From Octopus sinensis (lineage: Eukaryota), in assembly GCF_006345805.1 (NCBI RefSeq), contig NW_021825582.1:1-14159 (forward strand): a stretch of 14,159 nt of DNA. The letters are read 5' to 3'. The notes beneath the pieces were generated by a model. The model made no database searches and had not been told where the DNA came from. It worked only from the letters and a program-made list of their open reading frames with translations. The position numbers and the translations under genes were made by a program. Position 1 is the first letter of the stretch; each line of letters begins with the position of its first letter. Positions 1 through 8,960 of the stretch are shown here, one piece after another.

Positions 1-2200
1 CACATAAAAAGCACCATCTGAACGAGGCTGTTGCCAGTGCAGCCTCCAATGGCTTCTGTGCCGGTGACACATAAAAAGCACCATCTGAACGAGGCTGTTG
101 CCAGTGAAGCCTCCGATGGCTTCTGTGCCGGTGACACATAAAAAGCACCATCTGAACGAGGCTGTTGCCAGTGAAGCCTCCGATGGCTTCTGTGCCGGTG
201 ACACATAAAAGCACCATCTGAACGAGGCTGTTGCCAGTGCAGCCTCCAATGGCTTCTGTGCCGGTGACACATAAAAAGCACCATCTGAACGAGGCTGTTG
301 CCAGTGAAGCCTCCGATGGCTTCTGTGCCGGTGACACATAAAAAGCACCATCTGAACGAGGCTGTTGCCAGTGAAGCCTCCGATGGCTTCTGTGCCGTGA
401 CACATAAAAAGCACCATCTGAACGAGGCTGTTGCCAGTGAAGCCTCCGATGGCTTCTGTGCCGGTGACACATAAAAAGCACCATCTGAACGAGGCTGTTG
501 CCAGTGAAGCCTCCGATGGCTTCTGTGCCGGTGACACATAAAAAGCACCATCTGAACGAGGCTGTTGCCAGTGCAGCCTCCGATGGCTTCTGTGCCGGTG
601 ACACATAAAAAGCACCATCTGAACGAGGCTGTTGCCAGTGAAGCCTCCGATGGCTTCTGTGCCGGTGACACATAAAAAGCACCATCTGAACGAGGCTGTT
701 GCCAGTGAAGCCTCCGATGGCTTCTGTGCCGGTGACACATAAAAAGCACCATCTGAACGAGGCTGTTGCCAGTGAAGCCTCCGATGGCTTCTGTGCCGGT
801 GACACATAAAAAGCACCATCTGAACGAGGCTGTTGCCAGTGAAGCCTCCGATGGCTTCTGTGCCGGTGACACATAAAAAGCACCATCTGAACGAGGCTGT
901 TGCCAGTGCAGCCTCCAATGGCTTCTGTGCCGGTGACACATAAAAAGCACCATCTGAACGAGGCTGTTGCCAGTGAAGCCTCCGATGGCTTCTGTGCCGG
1001 TGACACATAAAAGCACCATCTGAACGAGGCTGTTGCCAGTGAAGCCTCCGATGGCTTCTGTGCCGGTGACACATAAAAAGCACCATCTGAACGAGGCTGT
1101 TGCCAGTGAAGCCTCCGATGGCTTCTGTGCCGGTGACACATAAAAGCACCATCTGAACGAGGCTGTTGCCAGTGAAGCCTCCAATGGCTTCTGTGCCGGT
1201 GACACATAAAAAGCACCATCTGAACGAGGCTGTTGCCAGTGAAGCCTCCGATGGCTTCTGTGCCGGTGACACATAAAAAGCACCATCTGAACGAGGCTGT
1301 TGCCAGTGAAGCCTCCGATGGCTTCTGTGCCGGTGACACATAAAAAGCACCATCTGAACGAGGCTGTTGCCAGTGAAGCCTCCAATGGCTTCTGTGCCGG
1401 TGACACATAAAAGCACCATCTGAACGAGGCTGTTGCCAGTGAAGCCTCCGATGGCTTCTGTGCCGGTGACACATAAAAAGCACCATCTGAACGAGGCTGT
1501 TGCCAGTGAAGCCTCCGATGGCTTCTGTGCCGGTGACACATAAAAAGCACCATCTGAACGAGGCTGTTGCCAGTGAAGCCTCCGATGGCTTCTGTGCCGG
1601 TGACACATAAAAAGCACCATCTGAACGAGGCTGTTGCCAGTGAAGCCTCCGATGGCTTCTGTGCCGGTGACACATAAAAAGCACCATCTGAACGAGGCTG
1701 TTGCCAGTTTTCTGTGCCGGTGTGTCTGGAGGCTGTTGCCAGTGAAGCCTCCGATGGCTTCTGTGCCGGTGACACATAAAAAGCACCATCTGAACGAGGC
1801 GTTGCCAGTGCAGCCTCCATGGCTTCTGTGCCGGTGGCACATAAAAAGCACCATCTGAACGAGGCCGTTGCCAGTGCAGCCTCCAATGGCTTCTGTGCTG
1901 GTGGCACATAAAAAGCACCATCCGAAGTGACTGATGCCACCCCCGCCTCGAATGTGTTCTGTGCCGGTGGCACGTAAAAAGCAACATCCGAACGTGGCCG
2001 ATGCCAGCACCGCCCCGACTGGCTTCTGCGCCGGTGGCACATAAAAAGCACCATCCGAACGTGGCCGATGCCAGCACCGCCTTGACTGGCTTCTGTGCCA
2101 GTAGCACAAAAAAAAAAAAAAGAAAAAAAAAAGCACCAACTGATCGTGGCCGATGCCAGACCCCTCTGGCACCTGTGCAGGTGGCACGTAAAAAGCACCC
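1..2200 (+). repeat. 67-bp tandem array (about 32-33 units, open at the window's left edge), the internal repeat of the SINE-like element that follows
   Basis: Unit CACATAAAAAGCACCATCTGAACGAGGCTGTTGCCAGTGAAGCCTCCGATGGCTTCTGTGCCGGTGA starts at 1, 68, 135, 202, 268, 335 ... 1604, 1671. The first 25 units are near-identical. A broken unit lies at 1671-1772, diverged units start at 1773, 1838, 1905, 1971, 2038 and 2105, and there is an A-tract expansion at 2108-2132. Confidence 0.97.
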
Positions 2201-2367
2201 ACTACACTCACGGAGTTGTTGGCGTTAAGAAGGGCATCCAGCTGTAGAAACACTGCCAGATCAGACTGGAGCCTGGGGCAGCCCCTGGCTTCCCAGACCC
2301 CGGTCGAACCGTCCAACCCGTGCTAGCGCGGAAAACGGACGTTAAACGATGATGATGATGATGATGA
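2140..2367 (+). mobile_element. 3' body of a SINE-like retroelement with (GAT)n tail (possibly RTE-LINE-related tail)
   Basis: GCACCCACTACACTCACGGAG...GGCGTTAAGAAGGGCATCCAG...CCGTCCAACCCGTGCTAGC...CGGACGTTAAAC(GAT)n recurs at 6775-7019 (-) and 9981-10275 (+). The RTE link is an inference from the short-repeat tail. Confidence 0.85.
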
Positions 2368-2369
2368 AT

Positions 2370-2604
2370 CAGCCTTTTTGAGCACATCATTGGAAATCCT
2401 GAAGCATGGGATGATACCACCATAAATTCAGCAATTGGATTCTTACAAACTTTAAAAGCTCCTGATTTCTTATTTTTGTTAGAAGTATTCAGTGAGATTT
2501 TTTCTTTTTTCATATTTAACATACTCCAGAGTAAAAGTCATGACATAGTGTAAAGATCAATAGAACTAGAATGTACTCGAAAACAAACTTGATAATTTTT
2601 CCAA
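2370..2604 (+). pseudogene. Fossil hAT transposase, central/C-terminal segment 1 (ZMYM1/THAP12-like)
   Basis: From 2377 it reads FEHIIGNPEAWDDTTINSAIGFLQTLKAPDFLFLLEVFSEIF, then after a frameshift IFNILQSKSHDI. This matches the WD..T...A.GFL..L...F.F.L..F..IF...F.ILQ.K..DI pattern of this hAT group. Confidence 0.75.
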
Positions 2605-2913
2605 TCTCTTTTACTTGTTTCAGTCATTTGACTGCGGCCATGCTCGAGCACCGCCTTTAATCGAGCAACTCGACCCCGGGACTTATTCTATCGGTCTATT
2701 TTGCCGAACCGCTAAGAACGGGGACATAAACACACCAGCATCGGTTGCCAAGCAATGCTAGGGGGACAAACACACACACGCATATATATATACATATATA
2801 CCACGGGCTTCTTTCAGTTTCCGTCTACCAAATCCACTCACAAGGCTTTGGTCGGCCCGAGACTATAGTAGAAGACCCTTGCCCAAGGTGCCACGCAGTG
2901 GAACTGAACCCGG
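2605..2913 (-). mobile_element. tRNA-headed CORE-like SINE, 5'-truncated near the B box, with internal 22-bp deletion
   Basis: Aligns by eye to the full copies (8961-9373, 10687-11100) in reverse orientation and interrupts the hAT fossil. Confidence 0.93.
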
Positions 2914-2914
2914 G

Positions 2915-3120
2915 GGGAAAAATATGGAGTCGATGCAGGAATCGGAATTCAGAGATCCAAGAATATATCTATTGAGCCCCAACGACATTATAAAATGCTT
3001 TATAACAAAATTATCAGTACAATAGTTGACCAAATAAAAGCATAATATTCATCCTTAGAAGAGTTTAAATTCATGGAACTTTCGAATTTCAACAAATTTG
3101 ATGAGTATTGCAAACAATTT
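2915..3120 (+). pseudogene. Fossil hAT transposase, segment 2
   Basis: Reads IEPQRHYKMLYNKIISTIVDQIKH, then after a frameshift YSSLEEFKFMELSNFNKFDEYCKQF. This fits the YR.LF.EI.D.I..QI..RF..L..L.F..L....F..Y...FP region that follows segment 1 in these transposases. Confidence 0.7.
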
Positions 3121-3289
3121 AAAAATCATGGGTACTATTTAAGAAGAGTGGTCCCGGTGCGCGCACCCGAGCATCCACGCCAGCTAGTCGTGACTAGTCG
3201 ATCGTTACTTTGTGTTTTATTTACTTTGTTTAAAACATTATTTACTTTGTGTTTTTGTGTTTTATATATTTTGTTTAAAAAATTTATTT

Positions 3290-3592
3290 ACTTGCGCGGC
3301 TAACCCAGAGTCATACATAGGTGAGACCTCTAGAAGCATCAATGATAGGTTCAAAGAACACCTGGACAACTACATTGAAAGGAAGACAAACTCCATCTTC
3401 TACCAACATGCTGTAGACTGCCACAAGGGATCCTTAGGGGAGCTTAAGTTGAACATCCTATCTACACATCCCACCGATGCAATGTTGAGACAGGTCACAG
3501 AAGCTGTTTGTATACAAGAATACAAACCTACTCTCAACCGAAAGTCCGAATGGAATAACATCCAGATCCCATTCAGAAGGACTATTCTATAA
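3290..3592 (+). mobile_element. Penelope-like retroelement fragment: C-terminal GIY-YIG endonuclease, 5'-truncated
   Basis: C..NPESYIGETSRSINDRFKEH...HAVDCH...EAVCIQEYKPTLNRKSEW then stop at 3590-3592. YIGET.R....R..EH and EA..I......LNR..EW are hallmark Penelope endonuclease motifs. The upstream GIY tyrosine motif and the RT domain are absent. Confidence 0.88.
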
Positions 3593-3769
3593 CCACCCCT
3601 CGCTCTCTCTCCCATTTACCTGTAGTCCTTACATACAGGTTGCAACGCGTATGTGCAGTTATATACAACGGTATGAGCAGACGTGTTTGATACGAACAGT
3701 GCACCTAGGCGTTGTATCCATTCACGGTTAGACGATGATGAGAGGAACAAACACACACCCACACACATA

Positions 3770-4141
3770 TATATATGTGTGTGTGCGTCTATACAAACAT
3801 ATATGTAAATATGTATACAACCTTCAGCAAAGTAACAGTCATGTACACAAACTGGACGGACACATGCCAGTACACGGACATACGTTCACATACACATACA
3901 CATGTACACACTCTCACAGACACATCTGCCCATTCTCCTAGACATTCACATACATACGTAGCACATGAATACAAACATACATACATACCTACGTATGGGC
4001 ATACACACGTACATGTACGCACACACATACATGGGCGGATACTTACATACGCACATGCGTACGTATGTACATACACACATACATACACACATACATACAT
4101 ACATACATACATACATACATACGCACATACATACATACATA
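3770..4141. repeat. Degenerate (CA)/(TACA)n simple-sequence tract
   Basis: Dominated by ACAC/TACA motifs, with a pure (TACA)n run near 4090-4140. It explains the H/T/Y- and V/C/M-rich spurious ORFs. Confidence 0.9.
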
Positions 4142-4770
4142 CGCACAATAGTTCTGTGATATAGAGATAAAAATCTGATAATAGATTTTAGGGTATAGTT
4201 TTGGGAGTAAGCGTCATAAATCACTTTCTAGCTTCGGCCGTAGGAAGTTGAAATTTGATAGCTTTGTGATGAGTGGTCACTCTACATCCATCCATCGCCA
4301 CAGGTTTATAGCTTTATGTTTTATAGAGTGTATGTGCGTGCATATACACACACATACATATATACATACATACATACATACATGCATACACAGGCGTATG
4401 TGCGTACATGCATACGTACATACATACACACATAAATACATACTACATACATACATACATACGCACATAATACATACATACGCACAATAGTTCTGGTGAT
4501 ATAGAGATAAAATCTGATAATAGATTTTAGGGTATAGTTTTGGGAGTAAGGTCATAAATCACTTTCTAGCTTCGGCCGTAGGAAGTTGAAATTTGATTAG
4601 CTTTGTGATGAGTGGTCACTCTACATCCATCCATCGCACAGGTTTATAGCTTTATGTTTTATAGAGTGTATGTGCGTGCATATACACACACAACATATAT
4701 ACATACATACATACATACAGCATACACAGGCGTATGTGCGTACATGCATACGTACATAACATACACACAT
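4142..4770. repeat. Direct tandem duplication, period 339 bp
   Basis: CGCACAATAGTTCT...GTGTATGTGCGTGCAT plus the following TACA tract starts at 4142 and again at 4481. Confidence 0.95.
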
Positions 4771-5035
4771 GTATGCATACATACACACACCCACATACGT
4801 ACATATATATGACGAACTAACTGTTACTTTCTTAGATGCAGCACGGACTTTGTCAGTGAACAGGTCGCGGATTTTAGCGACGAAAATATTTTGACAAATT
4901 AAACTTAAATGTTGAAGTGAATCGAATGGTTGTGTGTGTTTCTTAAATGCCTTATAAACACCTTCCACGCTGCAGTTGTTTTCGTTTCAGCACACGATCT
5001 CAGATCAAATTACTTGCTATGCGAGTACATCTCCG

Positions 5036-5078
<43 letters not shown>

Positions 5079-5099
5079 AATATATATATCTTATTATAA

Positions 5100-5602
5100 T
5101 CTATATATATAAAACTCTAGTTGTGTGAGTGTCTGTCCCCTTCGATTTAGATTCCTAACTCCTCCCACATTTTGCGGTGCAGTTTAACCAAATTCGGGTA
5201 TCTTATAGTCGTGATTCATATCGAGCCCGTCTGGCTATTAGCGCGCGTCAACGATGAGTCTACGATTTTAAAAATAATTTAACATCATTTTTTATTCATT
5301 TTAATGCATAATTTTTCGTGTCGATGGCGGCGGAGTTGGCGTCCACGCTCACAGCTGCACCTGTTTGCTTCTCCCCTTCCCTCCCTCGTGAAGCTGTGGG
5401 GAAGGGAGTGTAAAGAAATCAACGTCGTAATGCGTTGTCAAGGAGACCAGCGTTCTTTTAGAACAACGACTTTGGCTTGAAGACACCTAAACAGAAATGG
5501 CCAAGAAAGCCCGAATTGGCATCTATAAGGGAAGTAACTCTCTAAAAATGCTTATATAGTTATTTCCCTTACAAACCGAGCAACGCCGGGCGATACTGCT
5601 AG
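5100..5602 (+). mobile_element. Non-autonomous Helitron-like element
   Basis: Starts A|TCTATATATATAAAA (5100) and ends CCGAGCAACGCCGG (small hairpin) GCGATACTG-CTAG|T (5599-5602). 5'-TC, 3'-CTAG, a subterminal hairpin and an A|T target without TSD are established Helitron hallmarks. Confidence 0.65.
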
Positions 5603-5900
5603 TATTATATAAAATCCGTTCTGTCTGTGTGTGTGTCTTCTAGGATCTCGGGCATCCTCCATCCGATTGCACTCAAATTCGATATGTAGATACCAACGGT
5701 ATCAGGGCGTGTAATAAGTCTTGAAAAAATTACAAAAATCAATTCCAGGTGAGAATGCGATCAATAAAGCCGTGGGAACGTGCATTTGTACGTGCAAGTA
5801 CATCAGCTGTTGCGATCGATACTACGTGTGCATGAGAAAAGTGCAAGTGCAGTTTGCACAAAAAAAGCTAACCTGTTTGGTGTCTCAAATTTAGGTTAAA
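5603..5900 (+). mobile_element. Probable second non-autonomous Helitron/DINE-like element, 5' part only
   Basis: TATATAAAATCCGTTCTGTCTGTGTG...ATCTC...CCGATT...AAATT resembles the 5' layout of DINE-1/Lep1-type elements. No CTAG/hairpin 3' end was found. Confidence 0.4.
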
Positions 5901-6012
5901 TCAGTGTTTCTCAAAGGGGAGGCCTATGGGATTTCAGACATGTTGTTTTGAAAAAATTTGGTTTAAATGTTTGACAGATCAGCACCGTCCATTGGAAGGG
6001 GGGCGTTTTGCT

Positions 6013-6047
<35 letters not shown>

Positions 6048-6049
6048 TC

Positions 6050-6427
6050 TCTCTCTTTTACTTGTTTCAGTCATTTGACTGCGGCCATGCTGGAGCACCG
6101 CCTTTAGTCGAGCAAATCGACCCCGGGACTTATTCTTTGTAAGCCCAGTACTTATTCTATTGGTCTCTTTTGCCGAACCGCTAAGTGACGGGGATGTAAA
6201 CACACCAGCATCGGTTGTCAAGGGGGACAAACACAGACACACACACTTATATATATATACATATATACAAAAGGCTTCTTTCAGTTTCCGTCTACCAAAT
6301 CCACTCACAAGGCATTGGTCGGCCCGGGGCTTTAGCAGAAGACACTTGCCCAAGATGCCACACAGTGGGACTGAACCTGGAACCATGTAGTTGGTTAGCA
6401 AGCAACTTACCACACAGCCACTCCTGC

Positions 6428-6428
<1 letters not shown>
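6050..6428 (-). mobile_element. tRNA-headed CORE-like SINE, full length
   Basis: Reverse complement of the 8961 copy from head to AAGAG tail, flanked on both sides by (TA)n. Confidence 0.95.
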
Positions 6429-6462
<34 letters not shown>

Positions 6463-6465
<3 letters not shown>

Positions 6466-6772
6466 TTTTTTACTTGTTTCAGTCATTTGACTGTGGCCAT
6501 GCTGGAGCACCGCTTTAGTCGAGCAAATCGACCCCAGGACTTATTCTTTGTAAGCCTAGTACTTATTCTATCGGTCTCATTTGCCGAACCGCTAAGTTAT
6601 GGGGATGTAAACACACCAGGCATCGGCTTCTTTCAGTTTCCGTTTACCAAATCCACTCACAATGCTTTGGTCGGCCCGAGGCTATAGTAGAATACATTTG
6701 CCGAACGTGCCACTGAACCCAGAACCATGTGGTTCATATGCAAGCTACTTACCACACAGCCACTCCTACGCC
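6463..6772 (-). mobile_element. tRNA-headed CORE-like SINE with internal deletion of the central microsatellite block
   Basis: Both ends are present. At about 6626 GCATCGG joins directly to CTTCTTTCAG. Confidence 0.92.
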
Positions 6773-6774
6773 TA

Positions 6775-7019
6775 TCATCATCATCATCATCATCATCGTT
6801 TAACGTCCGTTTTCCGCGCTAGCACGGGTTGGACGGTTTCGACCGGGGTCTGGGGAGCTCGGGACTGCCCCAGGCTCCAGTCTAGTCTGGCAGTGTTTCT
6901 ACAGCTGGATGCCCTTCCTAACGCCAACCACTCCGCGAGTGTAGTGGGTGCTTTTTACGTGCCACCTGCACAGATGCCAGAGGGGTCTGGCATCGGCCAC
7001 GTTCGGATGTGCTTTTTAT
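6775..7019 (-). mobile_element. SINE-like element with (GAT)n tail, truncated in its second internal repeat unit
   Basis: (TCA)n-CGTTTAACGTCCGTTTTCCGCGCTAGCACGGG... is the reverse complement of 2140-2367 and shares its diagnostic bases. Confidence 0.9.
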
Positions 7020-7285
7020 GGGGGGGGTGCAGAAATATAGGGGAGCACCAGGGGGAGGGGTGGTTCAGAGAATGATGACAGGTTCTAGGCAAGTAGAACG
7101 TAGGAATCGAGAGAGGGGTAATGCATGGTGAAATAGCGTATTGAAGAGGGGGGTTCGAAGAGTAGACACCTATAATGGTGGTGGGAGAAGCGACATCCGG
7201 TATAGATGGAGCAAAATATAGAGATATCCGGTATTGGTGGTGGGGGCGGGAGGGTGGGCGCAACGCGCATTGGGAGATGAGGTTT

Positions 7286-7945
7286 TAGGCGGCAGAAAGA
7301 AGACAGGATTGAGATGAAATGCTTTGCGGTGGTAGGCGGCAGAAAGAAGACAGGATTGAGATGAAATGCTTTGCGGTGGTAGGCGGCAGAAAGAAGACAG
7401 GATTGAGATGAAATGCTTTGCGGTGGTAGGCGGCAGAAAGAAGACAGGATTGAGATGAAATGCTTTGCGGTGGTAGGCGGCAGAAAGAAGACAGGATTGA
7501 GATGAAATGCTTTGCGGTGGTAGGCGGCAGAAAGAAGACAGGATTGAGATGAATGCTTTGCGGTGGTAGGCGGCAGAAAGAGACAGGATTGAGATGAAAT
7601 GCTTTGCGGTGGTAGGCGGCAGAGAAGAAGACAGGATTGAGATGAAATGCTTTGCGGTTGGTAGGCGCAGAAAGAAGACAGGATTGAGATGAAATGCTTG
7701 GCGGTGGTAGGCGGCAGAAAGAAGACATGATTGAGATGAAATGCTTTGCGGTGGTAGCGGCAGAAAGAGAAGAAGGATTGAGATGAAATGCTTTGCGTGG
7801 TAGGCGGCAGAGAAGAAGACAGGATTGATTTGAGATGAAATGCTTTGCGGTGGTAGGCGGCAGAAAGAAGAGGATTGAGATGAAATGCTTTGCGGTGGTA
7901 GGCGGCAGAAAGAAGACAGGATTGAGATGAAATGCTTTGCGGTGG
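7286..7945 (+). repeat. 47-bp minisatellite, 14 units
   Basis: TAGGCGGCAGAAAGAAGACAGGATTGAGATGAAATGCTTTGCGGTGG starts at 7286, 7333, 7380, 7427, 7474, 7521, 7567, 7613, 7662, 7708, 7755, 7801, 7854 and 7899. Confidence 0.97.
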
Positions 7946-8138
7946 TGTGAATAAGTTTTTGTGAGTGAAAGTTTTTATGCTTCAGCTAGCATTTGAGACG
8001 AAAGACAACGACAACGCTACTAGATGGGGACACAATAATAATAAGGCTTGCAAAAACAATGAAAAGAGGAAACAGGTCGGGAACTTAGCTGATGTTTTCT
8101 TTTTTCATCCTGCGGTAGCGAGTGAAGGTGAGATATAT

Positions 8139-8142
<4 letters not shown>

Positions 8143-8193
<51 letters not shown>

Positions 8194-8204
8194 GAGAGAG
8201 AGAC
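8143..8204. repeat. (GA)n microsatellite
   Basis: Near-perfect GA run, source of the ERERER/LSLSLS ORFs. Confidence 0.97.
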
Positions 8205-8251
8205 AGTGAAAACAGAGGGAGAAACGACACCACATAGCGAGAGAGAGAATT

Positions 8252-8362
8252 GGAGATGAGGTTTTAGGCGGCGGACAAGAAGACAGGACAGGATTGAGAT
8301 GAAATGCTTTGCGGTGGTGTGAATAAGTTTTTGTGAGTGAAAGTTTTTATGCTTCAGCTAGC
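8252..8362 (+). repeat. Single-unit paralogue of the 7273-7990 minisatellite locus
   Basis: Same left flank GGAGATGAGGTTT, one 47-bp-type unit, and the same 45-bp right flank ending CAGCTAGC. Confidence 0.93.
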
Positions 8363-8478
8363 GTATGTATATATAATTAAAATAATGAGGGTAGAAATTG
8401 ATATCAATCAATTAAACATCAATTTAAACCAGTGGTCTAGCATATTAAAAAAAATCCGAAGATTTAAAAATTATATTA

Positions 8479-8932
8479 CAGTTAATATGAGGAATGATCA
8501 GTAAAGTGGATCCTATATGCTAGAGATAGACATCAAATCGCCTTACCACAAAGAGTGGGTTCTCACTAGCACGCCAAAAATAAAGACATTTGAAAAATAC
8601 CACAAATATATTTTGTAGAATTGTACAAGAGTTTTCTTTCGGGAAAATGTTTGTGTGTATAGTTCTGTGAAATATGTTTTGAAATACAACAGGCTACGCT
8701 GAGGATTTACAGATACTGCATATTGCATCTCGCATTTTGCAAGTATTAATAATGAAATCATGATACGTAGGTAATCGTTTTATTTGGTAAATTTTCATTT
8801 GCCTTGCTTATTTTTTATATTTTGGCATTTGCTGAGTTTTTTCTTGAGAACACACTCTTTGTGGTAAGGCAATTTGGTGTCTATCTCTAGCGTATAGGAA
8901 TCCACTTTAGTGGTCATTCCTCTTATTAACTG
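8479..8932. mobile_element. 454-bp MITE with 87-88-bp terminal inverted repeats, Tc1/mariner-like
   Basis: 8479-8565 (CAGTTAATATGAGGAATG...CCTTACCACAAAGAGTGGGTTCTCA) is the near-perfect reverse complement of 8845-8932. TA lies on both sides (8477-8478, 8933-8934) and there is no coding capacity. Confidence 0.82.
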
Positions 8933-8960
8933 TAATATAATATTATATATATATATATAT

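Noticed and set aside
1-2200. CRISPR array
   Set aside because: The units are contiguous with no unique spacers, and the context is eukaryotic with no cas genes.
3735-4968. Cluster of ORFs rich in H/T/Y/V/C/M
   Set aside because: Translations of CA/TACA microsatellite.
4975-5015. Minus-strand CTGAGA...GAAAC hammerhead-like words
   Set aside because: The core is one base short and supporting stems are absent. The surrounding 4810-5035 segment is probably a repeat but I cannot classify it.
5902-5920. CAGTGTTTCTCAAA, resembling a hAT MITE terminus
   Set aside because: No matching inverted partner found in the window.
7285-7728. 147-aa repetitive ORF
   Set aside because: A by-product of the 47-bp repeat, with the frame shifting each unit.
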